This document shows positions 39,252 to 49,921 of a stretch of 64,000 nucleotides of DNA, in pieces. Under the pieces are notes generated by a model that was not told where the DNA came from, ran no database searches, and saw only the letters and a list, made by a program, of their open reading frames with translations. Both the position numbers and the translations under genes were made by a program. Location of the stretch: NCBI GenBank assembly GCA_045536565.1, contig JAZSNU010000020.1, positions 32,001-96,000 on the forward strand, given 5' to 3'. The DNA comes from Clostridia bacterium (GTDB taxonomy: Bacteria; Bacillota; Clostridia; TANB77; CAG-465). Each line of letters begins with the position of its first letter. The stretch's first letter is position 1.

Positions 39252-39731
39252 TTATTTTTCTGTGCTACCAAAACCGCCTAATCTTTGCCCTTCTGCAATA
39301 TCATTATCTATTGTAAGGAACTTTTGGAAAACAGCTTGTGCAATTCTTTCGCCTTTTTTTATGACTATATCTTCGTTGCAGAAATTATAGACGCTAACTA
39401 AAATTTCTCCGTCATTTGTAAGATTGGAATAATAGTCGCATTCAAATACACCAACGCTATTGGCTAAAACCAAACCTCTTTTTGATGGCCCACTTGATCT
39501 GTTAAAAAGATACATAACTTCATCTGACTCAAAATATGCCTTTACTCCTGTCTTTATAAGTGTGGGTTTGTTAATTAATTCATTATTATCTTTTATCATA
39601 ATAAACAAAGAAGGAACTAGCGTATCTTCTGCTGCTTCAATATCGTAACCAACTGCATGAGCAGTTTGTCTTTTTGGTAAATTAATATTTTTATCTTCGT
39701 ATCCTTTGCAAATTTCAAATCCTCTTGACAT
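39252..39731 (-). CDS. dut: dUTP diphosphatase (trimeric)
   Basis: GYDI, RSS, NSVGV..DYY, GERIAQ, RLGGFGST. Confidence 0.93.
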   Translation of the reverse strand: MSRGFEICKGYEDKNINLPKRQTAHAVGYDIEAAEDTLVPSLFIMIKDNNELINKPTLIKTGVKAYFESDEVMYLFNRSSGPSKRGLVLANSVGVFECDYYSNLTNDGEILVSVYNFCNEDIVIKKGERIAQAVFQKFLTIDNDIAEGQRLGGFGSTEK

Positions 39732-39791
39732 GTTTATTACCTCCTAAAAACATAATAAAATAGCTCTGTTAAAGAACTATTTTACTTTTAA

Positions 39792-40673
39792 TTATTTAAT
39801 ATTTCTAAGTGCGTTAATTCTATTTACGATACTTGGATGAGTAGACATCAAATTGTCTTTTTCTGCTTTTGTTTTAAATGGGTTTGCTATAAATAGATGA
39901 GCAGTTGACTTATTAGCACTTCTTAGCGGAATAGGATCAGTAGAAATTTTAGTTAATGCATCTATAAGTCCGTCTGGATTTCTAGTTATCTCTACAGCTG
40001 AGGCATCTGCTAGATACTCTCTTTTTCTTGATATAGCAAGTTGCATAAGAGTAGCAAAAATAGGTGATAGAATTAAAAATACAATAGCTATCAATGATAA
40101 AATAGCACCGCTTTTGTTCTCATCATTGTTTCTTCTTCCTCGAAATGCCCATCTAGAAAAAAAGTCTGATAATATAACAACAAGTCCAACGAAAACAGAT
40201 ACAATTGTTGAAAGTAAAATATCATAATTTTTTATATGCGAAAGTTCATGTGCAATTACACCTTCTAGTTCGTATTTGTCTAACTTTTCTATAATTCCAG
40301 TTGTTAAACATATAACTGCATTTTCTGGGTTTCTTCCAGTCGCAAAAGCATTAAGAGCATTGTCTTCAATAACATATAATTTTGGTTTAGGAAGACCTGA
40401 TGCTATACACAGGTTTTCTAGTATTGTATCTATAAGTAAATCTTGCTCTCTTGTTGCAGGTCTTGCGTTGTTTAATGCAAGTACCATTTTATCACAGTTA
40501 TAGTATGATATAACAGATGGGATAATAGAAAAAGCAAGAGCAAAAACAATTGAAAGTGGTCCCAAATCAAAGTACATACATATTGCATATACACCTATCA
40601 TTATTACTATTATAAAAATAGAAATAATAAAAAAAGACGATATTTTGTTTTTTCTTACTTCTTCTAAAATCAT
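39792..40673 (-). CDS. htpX: Zinc metalloprotease HtpX (M48)
   Basis: NAFATGRNP, ELEGVIAHELSH, SRKREYLADA, STHP. Confidence 0.93.
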   Translation of the reverse strand: MILEEVRKNKISSFFIISIFIIVIMIGVYAICMYFDLGPLSIVFALAFSIIPSVISYYNCDKMVLALNNARPATREQDLLIDTILENLCIASGLPKPKLYVIEDNALNAFATGRNPENAVICLTTGIIEKLDKYELEGVIAHELSHIKNYDILLSTIVSVFVGLVVILSDFFSRWAFRGRRNNDENKSGAILSLIAIVFLILSPIFATLMQLAISRKREYLADASAVEITRNPDGLIDALTKISTDPIPLRSANKSTAHLFIANPFKTKAEKDNLMSTHPSIVNRINALRNIK

Positions 40674-40691
40674 ATAAATTATTCTCCTAAA

Positions 40692-41243
40692 TTAGAATTG
40701 AACTTTTACAGCTTCTCTTTGTGCTTCGTCAGTAACTGCGAAGAAAGGTTCTTCTTTAAAACCAAACATATTTGCTATAATGTTGTTTGGGAATACCGCT
40801 AATGATTCATTATATTTTTGAACTGTATCGTTATAGAATTGCCTTGCAAAAGCAATTTTATCTTCTGTTCCAGTAAGTTCTATTTGAAGAGCTTTGAAGT
40901 TTTCGTTTGCTTTTAAATCAGGATAACTTTCAGATAAAGCAAATATTGATTTTAAACAATTTGAAAGCTCATTACTTGCAGCGGCTGTATCGTTTACTGA
41001 ATTTGCTGCTGTATATTTGTTTCTAGCCTCAATAACTTTTTCAAGAGTTCCCTCTTCGTGTTTTGCATAACCTTTAACAGTTTCTACTAAATTTGGTATT
41101 AAATCAAATCTTCTCTTTAATTGAGTATCTATTTGAGCCCACGCATTTTTAACGCGTAATCTTAAAGATACTAAATTGTTGTATACTCCTACTACAAAAA
41201 GTATAAGTAAAACGACTACACCTAAAATAATCCAACCTATCAT
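40692..41243 (-). CDS. lemA: LemA family protein
   Basis: YNNLV, AWAQIDTQLKRRFDLIPNLV, YPDLKANENF, ARQFYN. Confidence 0.95.
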   Translation of the reverse strand: MIGWIILGVVVLLILFVVGVYNNLVSLRLRVKNAWAQIDTQLKRRFDLIPNLVETVKGYAKHEEGTLEKVIEARNKYTAANSVNDTAAASNELSNCLKSIFALSESYPDLKANENFKALQIELTGTEDKIAFARQFYNDTVQKYNESLAVFPNNIIANMFGFKEEPFFAVTDEAQREAVKVQF

Positions 41244-41471
41244 TTTAAACCTCCTCATTATTAATATAAATATATTTTATCATTAAAATTTGATTAAAAC
41301 AAGATATAAAGAGTAATATAATTAAATTTGATTGTTTAGACATATTATGCATAATTATTGGACAAATATAATATAAATATAGTAGATATAAATTAAAAAT
41401 ATAAATTTGACAAAGAAAAACTAGTATAGTATAATATAAGTATCACGGTATAACTGTAAGGAGGAATATTA

Positions 41472-42554
41472 GTGAACGAAGATAAGATATACATGCTAAG
41501 AAAAATATTTGTAATGCTCACATGTATATTAGTATTTGTTACATTAGGGCTTGTAGTGATTAAGTTTCAAACAAAAGATGTAACAATAGATTATTATGGA
41601 AAAGTAGAACATATTAAAACAATGTCTAATACAGTTGAAGGACTTTTAATGCAAAACAAAATACACATTGATGAAAAAGCAGTTGTAACACCAGGAATTG
41701 AAAATAGACTAGAAAACGATATGGTTATAAAAATATATTCAGAAGAAGATGAAGTTGCATATTTAGATATGGATACATATTATGAAATGGCAAAAAGTAA
41801 TATAGTAGAAAAAGTAGTTGAAGAAATCCATTATATAGAATATGCAAAAGAAGAGAAAAGCAATGCATCGATGGTAAGAGGAGCAAGCAAAGTTATTCAA
41901 GCAGGCGAGCAAGGTGAAAAAACCGCTACATATGTAATAAAATATGATAATGAACAAGAGGTAGCAAGAAAATTAGTTAACGAAGAAATATCAAAAGAAC
42001 CAGTTTCTGAGATTATCGATGTTGGTACAGCAATTCCAACTGTATCTAGGGGAGATATGTCAAGAGTAAACCCTAATGACTTAGTAGCAGATGCAGGTTT
42101 TAGACAATATAATATCAATTTAAGTACAGAATTACAAATATATGCATATAACATGGCAAAAAAATATGGAGTGCCGTATGAATTATTTTTAGCCATGATG
42201 TATGTAGAGAGTGGTTTCCAATCTCATAAAATTAGTTCAACAAATGACTATGGTATGTGTCAAATAAACATTAGTAACCACGCATATTTAACAAGACAAT
42301 TAGGAGTAACAAACTTCTTAGATCCATATCAAAATATACAAGCAGGTGCGTTCTTCTTAGCAAGATATTTTAACTCTTGGAGAGGTTCATCACCAGACCA
42401 AGGAACATTAGAATTACATGCATTAAACTCATATAACAGAGGAGAAGGAAGCTATAGAAAATATTTAGCTAATGGTAATTCTGCAACATCTTGGTACTAT
42501 GGTAATAAAGTAGTAGATGCAAGAAACAGATTAGTTGCAAATGGTGGATTATAA
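41472..42554 (+). CDS. YabE-like cell-wall protein: TM + DUF348-like + G5 + SLT (lysozyme-like) domain
   Basis: G5 (VIQAGEQGEK...EPVSEIIDVGT), VSRG linker, then AMMYVES..., YGMCQIN, DPYQNI, SYNRG transglycosylase motifs; upstream of rsmA. Confidence 0.8.
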   Translation: MNEDKIYMLRKIFVMLTCILVFVTLGLVVIKFQTKDVTIDYYGKVEHIKTMSNTVEGLLMQNKIHIDEKAVVTPGIENRLENDMVIKIYSEEDEVAYLDMDTYYEMAKSNIVEKVVEEIHYIEYAKEEKSNASMVRGASKVIQAGEQGEKTATYVIKYDNEQEVARKLVNEEISKEPVSEIIDVGTAIPTVSRGDMSRVNPNDLVADAGFRQYNINLSTELQIYAYNMAKKYGVPYELFLAMMYVESGFQSHKISSTNDYGMCQINISNHAYLTRQLGVTNFLDPYQNIQAGAFFLARYFNSWRGSSPDQGTLELHALNSYNRGEGSYRKYLANGNSATSWYYGNKVVDARNRLVANGGL

Positions 42555-42614
42555 TAAAATGTATATAGAGGCATTATGATTAATCATAATGCTTTTTGTT
42601 TAGGAGTAAAAAAT

Positions 42615-43475
42615 ATGAATTTAAAAGAGAAAACTTTTAGAATGTTAAATTATTATGGATTAAAAGCAAAAAAGAGATTTGGCCAAAATTTTTTAATTGA
42701 CGAAAGTATAGTAGATAACATAGTGGAAAAATCTAATATATCAAGTGAAGATGTTGTAATTGAAATAGGACCCGGTCTAGGTAATTTAACTGAAAAATTA
42801 ATTGATAGAGCAAAGTTGGTACTTGCTTTTGAGATAGATGAAGATATGATTAGGGTTTTAAATGATAGGTTTAAGGATAAAACAAACTTAGTGGTTATAA
42901 GCAAAGATATACTTCAAGTAGATTTAGAACAAATACTAATAGAAAATGGAGTAGGCGAAAACAGTGTAAGAGTAGTTGCTAACCTACCATATTATATAAC
43001 AACACCTATTATGTTCAAATTGTTTAAATATACTAAATATATAAAAACAATGACTATTATGGTGCAGAAAGAAGTTGCCGAAAGAATAGTAGCAATACCA
43101 GGTTCAAAAGACTATGGCGTGCTAAGTATTAATACGAGATATTACGGAACATCAAAAAAATTATTTGATGTACCAAATATTTCATTTACACCAGCACCTA
43201 ATGTTACATCGGCAGTTGTAAAAATAGATATTAATATTATACAAGGAGTACAAAATGAGGACATGTTTTTTAAATTAGTAAAAGCCTCATTTGCACAAAG
43301 AAGGAAAAAAATTATAAATTCAATTGAAAATAGCAACATGATAGATATAAGTAAAGATAAATTAAGAAGTATATTAGAAAAAAACAACATATCTGATAAC
43401 ACAAGGGCAGAAGAAATTAATATAGAAAAATATATTACAATTTCTAATGATATATATAATGAAATAAAAAAATAA
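42615..43475 (+). CDS. rsmA: 16S rRNA dimethyladenosine transferase RsmA/KsgA
   Basis: KKRFGQNFL, EIGPGLG, VANLPYYITTP, MVQKEVAERI. Confidence 0.97.
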   Translation: MNLKEKTFRMLNYYGLKAKKRFGQNFLIDESIVDNIVEKSNISSEDVVIEIGPGLGNLTEKLIDRAKLVLAFEIDEDMIRVLNDRFKDKTNLVVISKDILQVDLEQILIENGVGENSVRVVANLPYYITTPIMFKLFKYTKYIKTMTIMVQKEVAERIVAIPGSKDYGVLSINTRYYGTSKKLFDVPNISFTPAPNVTSAVVKIDINIIQGVQNEDMFFKLVKASFAQRRKKIINSIENSNMIDISKDKLRSILEKNNISDNTRAEEINIEKYITISNDIYNEIKK

Positions 43476-43481
43476 GAGGAG

Positions 43482-44543
43482 TTAATTTCCTCTTATTTTT
43501 GATATTGCTGCTAAATGTTCATTATATGTTTTGCTAAACACATGATTTCCATCATTTCCTAAAACAAAGAATAGGTAATCCGTATCAGCAGGGTATAATG
43601 CTGCTCTTATCGATTCTAATCCAGGTGAAGCAATTGGGTTAGGTGGTAATCCTGGGTTTTTATATGTATTATATGGGCTATCTATATTTGTATCAGCATT
43701 TGTTAAGACTGGTTTCCTTTCTTTTAGCACATATTGTACTGTTGCACAAGACTCCAAATATGGATAAGTTTTACTATTTAATCTGTTGTAAAATACAGAG
43801 GCTACAATATCTCTTTCGGTATCATTTGCTGCTTCTCTTTCTATAATAGATGCAAGAGTTATTAGTTCGTGAACAGACATTTTAAGTTCGTTAGTTCTTG
43901 TTTTCATTTCCTCTGTAAATTCAGATTCGAATTTGTTTAACATTTCTTTTAATACCTCTTCCTCAGAAGAATCCTTTGATACAGTATATGTTGCAGGGAA
44001 TAGATATCCCTCTAAATATACATCTGATTTTTGAATTCCTTGTAAAAACCAATAATCAAAATCTGAATTTAAAATAGTGTTTTTAAAGCCTTCATGTGAA
44101 CCTATACCCTTTTCAACACATAAATCAATAATTTGTCTTAGTTCATATCCTTCTGGTATAGTAACTTTAACAGAATTTTTCTTTCCGCCAACTTTTTGGA
44201 GTTCGACACTTAGTTCTTCATAAGACATGTTTTTATTTAAATAAAATACACCGTATTTATATTTATTGCTGTTTCCTTCTGCAATAGCAAATTCAATAAA
44301 TTTATCAGGATATTTAATTATATTTTTTTTGTATAGAATATTTGCTATTTCAGATAAATAAGCGCCTTCTGGTATTTCTATCTCAATTTCTTTTGCGTTT
44401 TCGATTTTGTTTGTTTTGTAATGGTCCTCTTTTATATCATTATTTTTCCATATTAAAAAACTTACCCCTGAAATTATTAAAATAGTCATAATTGATATGA
44501 TTATGACATAAACAGTTTTAAATTCCTTTCCTAATATTTTCAT
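43482..44543 (-). CDS. mltG: Endolytic transglycosylase MltG
   Basis: TIPEG, LEGYLFPATY, LASIIEREA, SPYNTY.NPGLPPNPIASPG. Confidence 0.95.
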   Translation of the reverse strand: MKILGKEFKTVYVIIISIMTILIISGVSFLIWKNNDIKEDHYKTNKIENAKEIEIEIPEGAYLSEIANILYKKNIIKYPDKFIEFAIAEGNSNKYKYGVFYLNKNMSYEELSVELQKVGGKKNSVKVTIPEGYELRQIIDLCVEKGIGSHEGFKNTILNSDFDYWFLQGIQKSDVYLEGYLFPATYTVSKDSSEEEVLKEMLNKFESEFTEEMKTRTNELKMSVHELITLASIIEREAANDTERDIVASVFYNRLNSKTYPYLESCATVQYVLKERKPVLTNADTNIDSPYNTYKNPGLPPNPIASPGLESIRAALYPADTDYLFFVLGNDGNHVFSKTYNEHLAAISKIRGN

Positions 44544-44717
44544 ATTCCACTCCTTTATATTTATAATATAAAATATTATCACACAAAGCAGTAAAAAACA
44601 ATAGAATATATAATATATAGGGAAAATAAAAAAATACTATACATTTTTTGTTTTTTTATCAAAAATGCTTGACATATTACTAAAAATATTGTAAACTAAT
44701 ATGGCGATATGTTTTGA

Positions 44718-44793
44718 GGGCTATTAGCTCAGTTGGCAGAGCACTTGACTTTTAATCAAGTTGTCCCGCGTTCGAATCGCGGATAGCTCACCA
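44718..44793 (+). tRNA. tRNA-Lys(TTT)
   Basis: Anticodon arm CTTGA-CTTTTAA-TCAAG, GTTCGAATC, ACCA. Confidence 0.96.
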
Positions 44794-44797
44794 TGAT

Positions 44798-44872
44798 GGC
44801 CCGTTGGTCAATCGGTTAAGACATCGCCCTTTCACGGCGGAGTGAGGAGTTCGACTCTCCTACGGGTCACCA
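44798..44872 (+). tRNA. tRNA-Glu(TTC)
   Basis: GGCCCGT acceptor, anticodon arm TCGCC-CTTTCAC-GGCGG, GTTCGACT, ACCA. Confidence 0.96.
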
Positions 44873-44878
44873 TATCGT

Positions 44879-44954
44879 GCTGGAGTAGCTCAGCTGGTAG
44901 AGCAGCTGACTTGTAATCAGCAGGTCGTCAGTTCAATTCTGACCTTCAGCTCCA
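44879..44954 (+). tRNA. tRNA-Thr(TGT)
   Basis: Anticodon arm GCTGA-CTTGTAA-TCAGC, GTTCAATTC, TCCA. Confidence 0.96.
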
Positions 44955-44959
44955 AAATT

Positions 44960-44991
44960 AATCCTTGCAAGGAAACTTGCAGGGATTTTTT
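44960..44991 (+). terminator. Terminator of the tRNA operon
   Basis: AATCCTTGCAAG-GAAA-CTTGCAGGGATT then a T run. Confidence 0.8.
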
Positions 44992-45091
44992 GTGTTTAAG
45001 GTTGATTATTATGTTAAAATGTGGTATATATAAGTATAAATCAATTAGATATTTAAACTTAATATTAATATATTAAAGGAGGCGTGATGAC

Positions 45092-45424
45092 ATGGTTAGC
45101 TTGAATATAATAGGTACTAATGTAAAAGATGGAACAGCTCTGTATTATGCAAGTATAAGCTATGAGTATACAGTTGGAGAATTTATAAAAAGTGTACTAA
45201 ATGAAAGAAAGGGTGAATGGGGAGAAATAGCTGTAAAAATAAATAAAGGAAAAAAAGACTTTGTAGATATATTACTAGATAATACAGATGTAAATTCCTG
45301 TGATTATGCGTATGGAAAACTAAAATCTAAACTTAAAAAGGAAATATGCAAAAAAAACATAGTTTCCATATGGGCATATGGGGGATATTCGTGTATGGAC
45401 TATATTATTATAGTTGATAATTAG
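45092..45424 (+). CDS. Hypothetical protein
   Basis: Strong RBS AAAGGAGG, own promoter-like elements; ends AYGGYSCMDY. Confidence 0.65.
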   Translation: MVSLNIIGTNVKDGTALYYASISYEYTVGEFIKSVLNERKGEWGEIAVKINKGKKDFVDILLDNTDVNSCDYAYGKLKSKLKKEICKKNIVSIWAYGGYSCMDYIIIVDN

Positions 45425-45484
45425 GACTTAGACTAAGGTTACTAAAAAACAGGTAGTTAAATTACTACCTGTTTTACATATATT

Positions 45485-46702
45485 CTATTGATTAGTTTGT
45501 ACTTGTGGTCTATCTGCAATATCCATTTTAAGTCCTGATTCAAGTGGTGCTACTACTGTATAAGGAATAGATATATTAAATGTTTCAAAATTACTTAAAT
45601 CAACACCAACTAAAGAAGTTGTATTTTTATACATAAATGTTGTATTAATAACATTTGGATCTTTTTCATTTAAATAATCTGTAATAATATTACTAAATTC
45701 TACATCAAGTTTTTCAGCAGTATCCATATTGTACATATTCCATAAACCTGTTTTAGTATCTTGAATTAATAAAAAGTCAGCATTTGCACCGTTAAGCGTA
45801 ACTAGGGTAGTTGGATATGTAAATATTTTATCTATTATTACATCACCATTTAAATTATATATTTTGTTACCAGTAGTTCCTCTTTTTTGAATTACATAGC
45901 CTTCATCGTTATATTCAAATTCAAAACCTTCTTCTGTTTCAATTGAAGTACCGTTATCAAGTATTATATAGTTTAAATCATCTTTTACAGCCATACATGC
46001 TTTATTTGAATCTTTGATTTGTTCTATTTTATCAAATGTTGCTTCAATAATTTGCATGTTATCTTCGTCTACAATACCGTATTTTGTACTTCCAGAATTA
46101 CTAGATTTTATTATATATTGACTTTTTCCCTCTTTTGTAGGATAAGTTAACGCTTGCAATACATCTGCTTTATTTAAACTAGTATCAGAAACATCTTTTG
46201 CAACGAATTTATCAGGTGGTGTAATTTCTAAAAAAGAATAAACAGCATTTATAGAGGCAAAGTCTTTTTCAGTTGCTTTTTTACCAGTTGCATCTACTAA
46301 TCTATATATTGCATCGCTTTCAGATGCACCGTATTGCAATATGTATTTATCTAGAAAACCATCAGCACTCTTAATGTATATAAAATCATTTTCAACACCG
46401 TCTAATGTAATTGTTTCACCTGTTAAAAGATTATATAAATAACTTATATTTTCTGCTTTCAAATATAATATGTTGTTTACTCTTGCAACCTTTGTAAACT
46501 GTGGATTTGCTATTGTTTTTCCATTTGCGCTCATTACACCAAAAGCATTATTAGCTTCAATAATGTAAAGTCTTTCTATTGAATCACTATTACTAGTATT
46601 AGTTGGCTTTAAATCTTTAATTGCTATTATTATTCCCAACCCTATTAAAGTAATTGCCACCATTATTAATATAATGGCGATAATTGTGTTCTTATTAACC
46701 AT
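45485..46702 (-). CDS. Membrane-anchored surface protein with WG-repeat/beta-propeller-like segments
   Basis: N-terminal TM; repeats FGVMSANGKTIANPQF, KYGIVDEDNMQIIEATFDKI, KIYNLNGDVII. Confidence 0.65.
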   Translation of the reverse strand: MVNKNTIIAIILIMVAITLIGLGIIIAIKDLKPTNTSNSDSIERLYIIEANNAFGVMSANGKTIANPQFTKVARVNNILYLKAENISYLYNLLTGETITLDGVENDFIYIKSADGFLDKYILQYGASESDAIYRLVDATGKKATEKDFASINAVYSFLEITPPDKFVAKDVSDTSLNKADVLQALTYPTKEGKSQYIIKSSNSGSTKYGIVDEDNMQIIEATFDKIEQIKDSNKACMAVKDDLNYIILDNGTSIETEEGFEFEYNDEGYVIQKRGTTGNKIYNLNGDVIIDKIFTYPTTLVTLNGANADFLLIQDTKTGLWNMYNMDTAEKLDVEFSNIITDYLNEKDPNVINTTFMYKNTTSLVGVDLSNFETFNISIPYTVVAPLESGLKMDIADRPQVQTNQ

Positions 46703-46903
46703 ATGTATATCTCCCTCTTTAACATAAATATATATTATATGGTATAATATTACTTAAAATTTGTCAATAATAATTAATTAAGGTTAACAAAATTGTAATG
46801 TAAATTAAGGTGTGACATAAATACAAAAGATAAATTTGCCGTCTACTTTTGTAATATATTGTAGAAAGTATGGACATCTCTTTTATTTGGTTGTATATTT
46901 TGC

Positions 46904-48730
46904 TTGGGTGATAGTTTGATATATTTTTTTCTGATAAGTTTTTTTGTTTTTTCTATCGTTGATTATATTTATCTGTATAATTATTTTGATTCTAAGTTTT
47001 TCTTGAATAAATCTGGTAGCAAATTAAATTATTTAGTAGACTTAGAAAACAACAAAAAGAATTTTAAAGATGAGTTTATAGCAGTTTTTTCAAAAAAGAA
47101 TTTAGTTATTATTATAAAAGGTTTAATCTATATGATATTAATGCATATATTAAATATTATTGTATTCTATAAAATCATTTTTTCGGACTTCTTAATTCTT
47201 AATTTAGGATATAAAAAGATAGATGTTGTTTCTACATTTGATTCATATTGGACAGGTTATATAAAAATATATTATATAGTTTATACTATATTCTTAATTA
47301 TTATATATGTTAAATATATAACTAAATCAAAGAACAAAATTCGTTCAAAAAACAAAAAAGAAGATTTAATAATTAACGATATTAGCAAAATATATTTAGG
47401 AAGTACTATTCAAAAAAGCAAGGTATATATTGATAAAGAAGAACTATATAAAAATGTATTAATTACAGGTAGTATTGGTACAGGTAAGACGAGTGGCGCT
47501 ATAAATACATTTTGCAAGTATATGGTGCAAAATAATATTCCTGGGATTGTTATAGATATAAAAGGAAACTATGTAAGTAAAGTTAAATCATTTTTAAATA
47601 ATAATAATGTAGAAATAGTTGTTGTAGGTGACGAAAGTACATGTGGTTATAATCCTATAAGAAGAGATATTAACAGCATGGAAATGGCAAATAGATTAAG
47701 AAAAGTAATTGAACTAATCTCTATTTCTAACACTAGTGATTCATATTGGTTAGATAAGGTGGAAAATGTACTTTTTAATGTGCTTTTGCTTATAAAGCAT
47801 TGTCATTTAAATATAGATTTGCAAGAAATACACAGGTGCATAACTGATGATGAATATCTAAATAGAAATTTAGATAAATTAAAAGACATTGTAGTGGATA
47901 ATATCAATAATGATAAGACAGTACATGAAATAAATAATTTACTACTGTTTTTTAGAAATGAATATTTTAAGTTAGACATCAGAACAACTAGCATTATAAA
48001 ATCGGAAATAACAAGACTTACTATACCATTTGTAACTGAATATGATGTGTGTAAAAAGTATGGAACTGAAAGTAAAGATAATACTAATTTAACATTCAGT
48101 AATATAACTCCTAAAATAGTGATTTTTTCTATGAATATGAGTAAAAATTTCTTACTTACTAAAATACTAGCAACTTTTATCAAATTAGATTTTCAATCAG
48201 AAGTCCTTCAAAAAATATCAAATCCAATAGAAACATTTTGTATATGTGATGAGTATCAAGAATTTGCAAATAAGCAGGATGCACATTTTCTTTCTTTATC
48301 TAGGGAGGCCAAATGTATGAACATATTTAGTATGCAAAGTTATTCTTCACTAAATAATACATTAAAAAATGAATATGCATCAAATGTAATAATACAAAAT
48401 CTAGTAAATAAGATATGGTTTAGAAATGATGATAATTATACATCACAAGAAATAGTAAAACAAATTGGACAAGAGAAAAAACAATTTAAAACAAGTAGTA
48501 TAAGTGAAGGTGCTGAGGAATCAAAGAAAAGCATATTAAGCGGATTTAAGAACAAAAAATCAAATATATCAAAGACTATCAGCTATGCAGAAAATAATGA
48601 CAATATAGTTAGTTCAAAAGTTATAACACAAGAGCTTGAAGTGCTAGAGGCATTAGTGCTGTTTGGCAGTAATGGTAAAATGAATGAAATTCAAAGAATA
48701 AAGTTTGAAAGGGAGGAAGATAATGAATAA
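46904..48730 (+). CDS. VirD4/TraG-TraD type IV coupling protein-like ATPase
   Basis: N-terminal TMs, Walker A LITGSIGTGKT, IDIKG, YNP, YW, Walker B ICDEYQ, SREAK...MQSYS, IIQNL; start uncertain (TTG 46904 or 46916). Confidence 0.82.
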   Translation: MGDSLIYFFLISFFVFSIVDYIYLYNYFDSKFFLNKSGSKLNYLVDLENNKKNFKDEFIAVFSKKNLVIIIKGLIYMILMHILNIIVFYKIIFSDFLILNLGYKKIDVVSTFDSYWTGYIKIYYIVYTIFLIIIYVKYITKSKNKIRSKNKKEDLIINDISKIYLGSTIQKSKVYIDKEELYKNVLITGSIGTGKTSGAINTFCKYMVQNNIPGIVIDIKGNYVSKVKSFLNNNNVEIVVVGDESTCGYNPIRRDINSMEMANRLRKVIELISISNTSDSYWLDKVENVLFNVLLLIKHCHLNIDLQEIHRCITDDEYLNRNLDKLKDIVVDNINNDKTVHEINNLLLFFRNEYFKLDIRTTSIIKSEITRLTIPFVTEYDVCKKYGTESKDNTNLTFSNITPKIVIFSMNMSKNFLLTKILATFIKLDFQSEVLQKISNPIETFCICDEYQEFANKQDAHFLSLSREAKCMNIFSMQSYSSLNNTLKNEYASNVIIQNLVNKIWFRNDDNYTSQEIVKQIGQEKKQFKTSSISEGAEESKKSILSGFKNKKSNISKTISYAENNDNIVSSKVITQELEVLEALVLFGSNGKMNEIQRIKFEREEDNE

Positions 48731-49049
48731 AATATTAATCAAAATAACGGCCGTGTTGGTTATTACAGTGATTGTAATAGGTATGTTTTCAACAGTATAT
48801 GGTGCAACAACACCAACACTAGTTAATAAACTAAATTCTATTTTAAAGAAAATAAAAGAATATATGGTAAAACTTGCAGGACCTGCTGCTGCTCTTGCAA
48901 TTGCAACAGGGGTTATGATTAGAAAATTAAGTTTTGGTGATGAAGAAAAAATGGTGATAGGGAAAAGGGTTATCATTAACGCTATATTTTGTTATTTCAT
49001 AATTTTGCTTGTAGATTTAATTGTTAAATTTATAGAGGCTTTGGTATAG
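48723..49049 (+). CDS. VirB2/TrbC-like pilin
   Basis: Long signal-like N-terminus (VYGA), two hydrophobic helices separated by SFGDEEKMVIGKR, about 108 aa; overlaps the VirD4 stop. Confidence 0.65.
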   Translation: MNKILIKITAVLVITVIVIGMFSTVYGATTPTLVNKLNSILKKIKEYMVKLAGPAAALAIATGVMIRKLSFGDEEKMVIGKRVIINAIFCYFIILLVDLIVKFIEALV

Positions 49050-49052
49050 AGT

Positions 49053-49892
49053 ATGACGGACAACATATTAAGTTCTATCAATATTTTACTTGAAAAAATA
49101 TACAAATCAGTAGAATACAATATATATGAATTGTTAGATAGACTTGTAGATATATCTAATGATGTTTTAAAAAACGAACCACTTAAATACATATTTAAAG
49201 ATAGTGATAAAGAGGGCATAATATTTATTTCAACATCTCTTGTTTTGTTTTATATACTTCAATATATGTTACTTAAATTTATAGCAATGTATAACGGTAA
49301 AAATACTGAAAATATATTTAAATATATTTTTAAGGTTATACTATGCGTAATTTTCACAAGTTCATCAATGTATATATGTGAAACTGTACTTGAAATAAAT
49401 AGCCTTTTTACCGAGATTATATCATCACTTGGCGAAAATATAACAGGAGAAAAAATATCATTTAATTCGCTTAAAGAAGTAATAGTAGATTTAGAAAAGT
49501 ATATGGGACAGGACTGTGTTAGTCTAGATGGCCTTATAAAAGGATTTATATCTTTTGGTAGTGTTACTCTTTTAATAAATTATGCAGTAAGATATGTAAC
49601 GGTTATATTTTTAATAATTATTATGCCTCTTGCAATAATGTTCTCTATTTCTCCTTATACAAAGGGTATATTTAATTCATGGATTAAATTATTTATAGTA
49701 AATCTTTCAATGCAATGGATAGTAAAATTTATACTAATAATACCAATTTCAATAAAAGAAATTAATACAGATATGTTTAAAATAATTATAGTTGGAACCA
49801 TCTATGTGTTATATAAAATAAATGGTTTTGTTAAAGAATTTTTAGGAAATATATATGATAGTACAAGTTATATGAATAAAGGAGGATACTGA
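49053..49892 (+). CDS. VirB6/TrbL-like polytopic membrane protein
   Basis: About 6 TMs; RYVTVIFLIIIMPLAIMFSISPYTKGIFNSWIKLF..LSMQ resembles the Gram-positive VirB6/TrbL core. Confidence 0.65.
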   Translation: MTDNILSSINILLEKIYKSVEYNIYELLDRLVDISNDVLKNEPLKYIFKDSDKEGIIFISTSLVLFYILQYMLLKFIAMYNGKNTENIFKYIFKVILCVIFTSSSMYICETVLEINSLFTEIISSLGENITGEKISFNSLKEVIVDLEKYMGQDCVSLDGLIKGFISFGSVTLLINYAVRYVTVIFLIIIMPLAIMFSISPYTKGIFNSWIKLFIVNLSMQWIVKFILIIPISIKEINTDMFKIIIVGTIYVLYKINGFVKEFLGNIYDSTSYMNKGGY

Positions 49893-49921
49893 TTATTGAA
49901 AAGTTAAAAACATATACAAGA

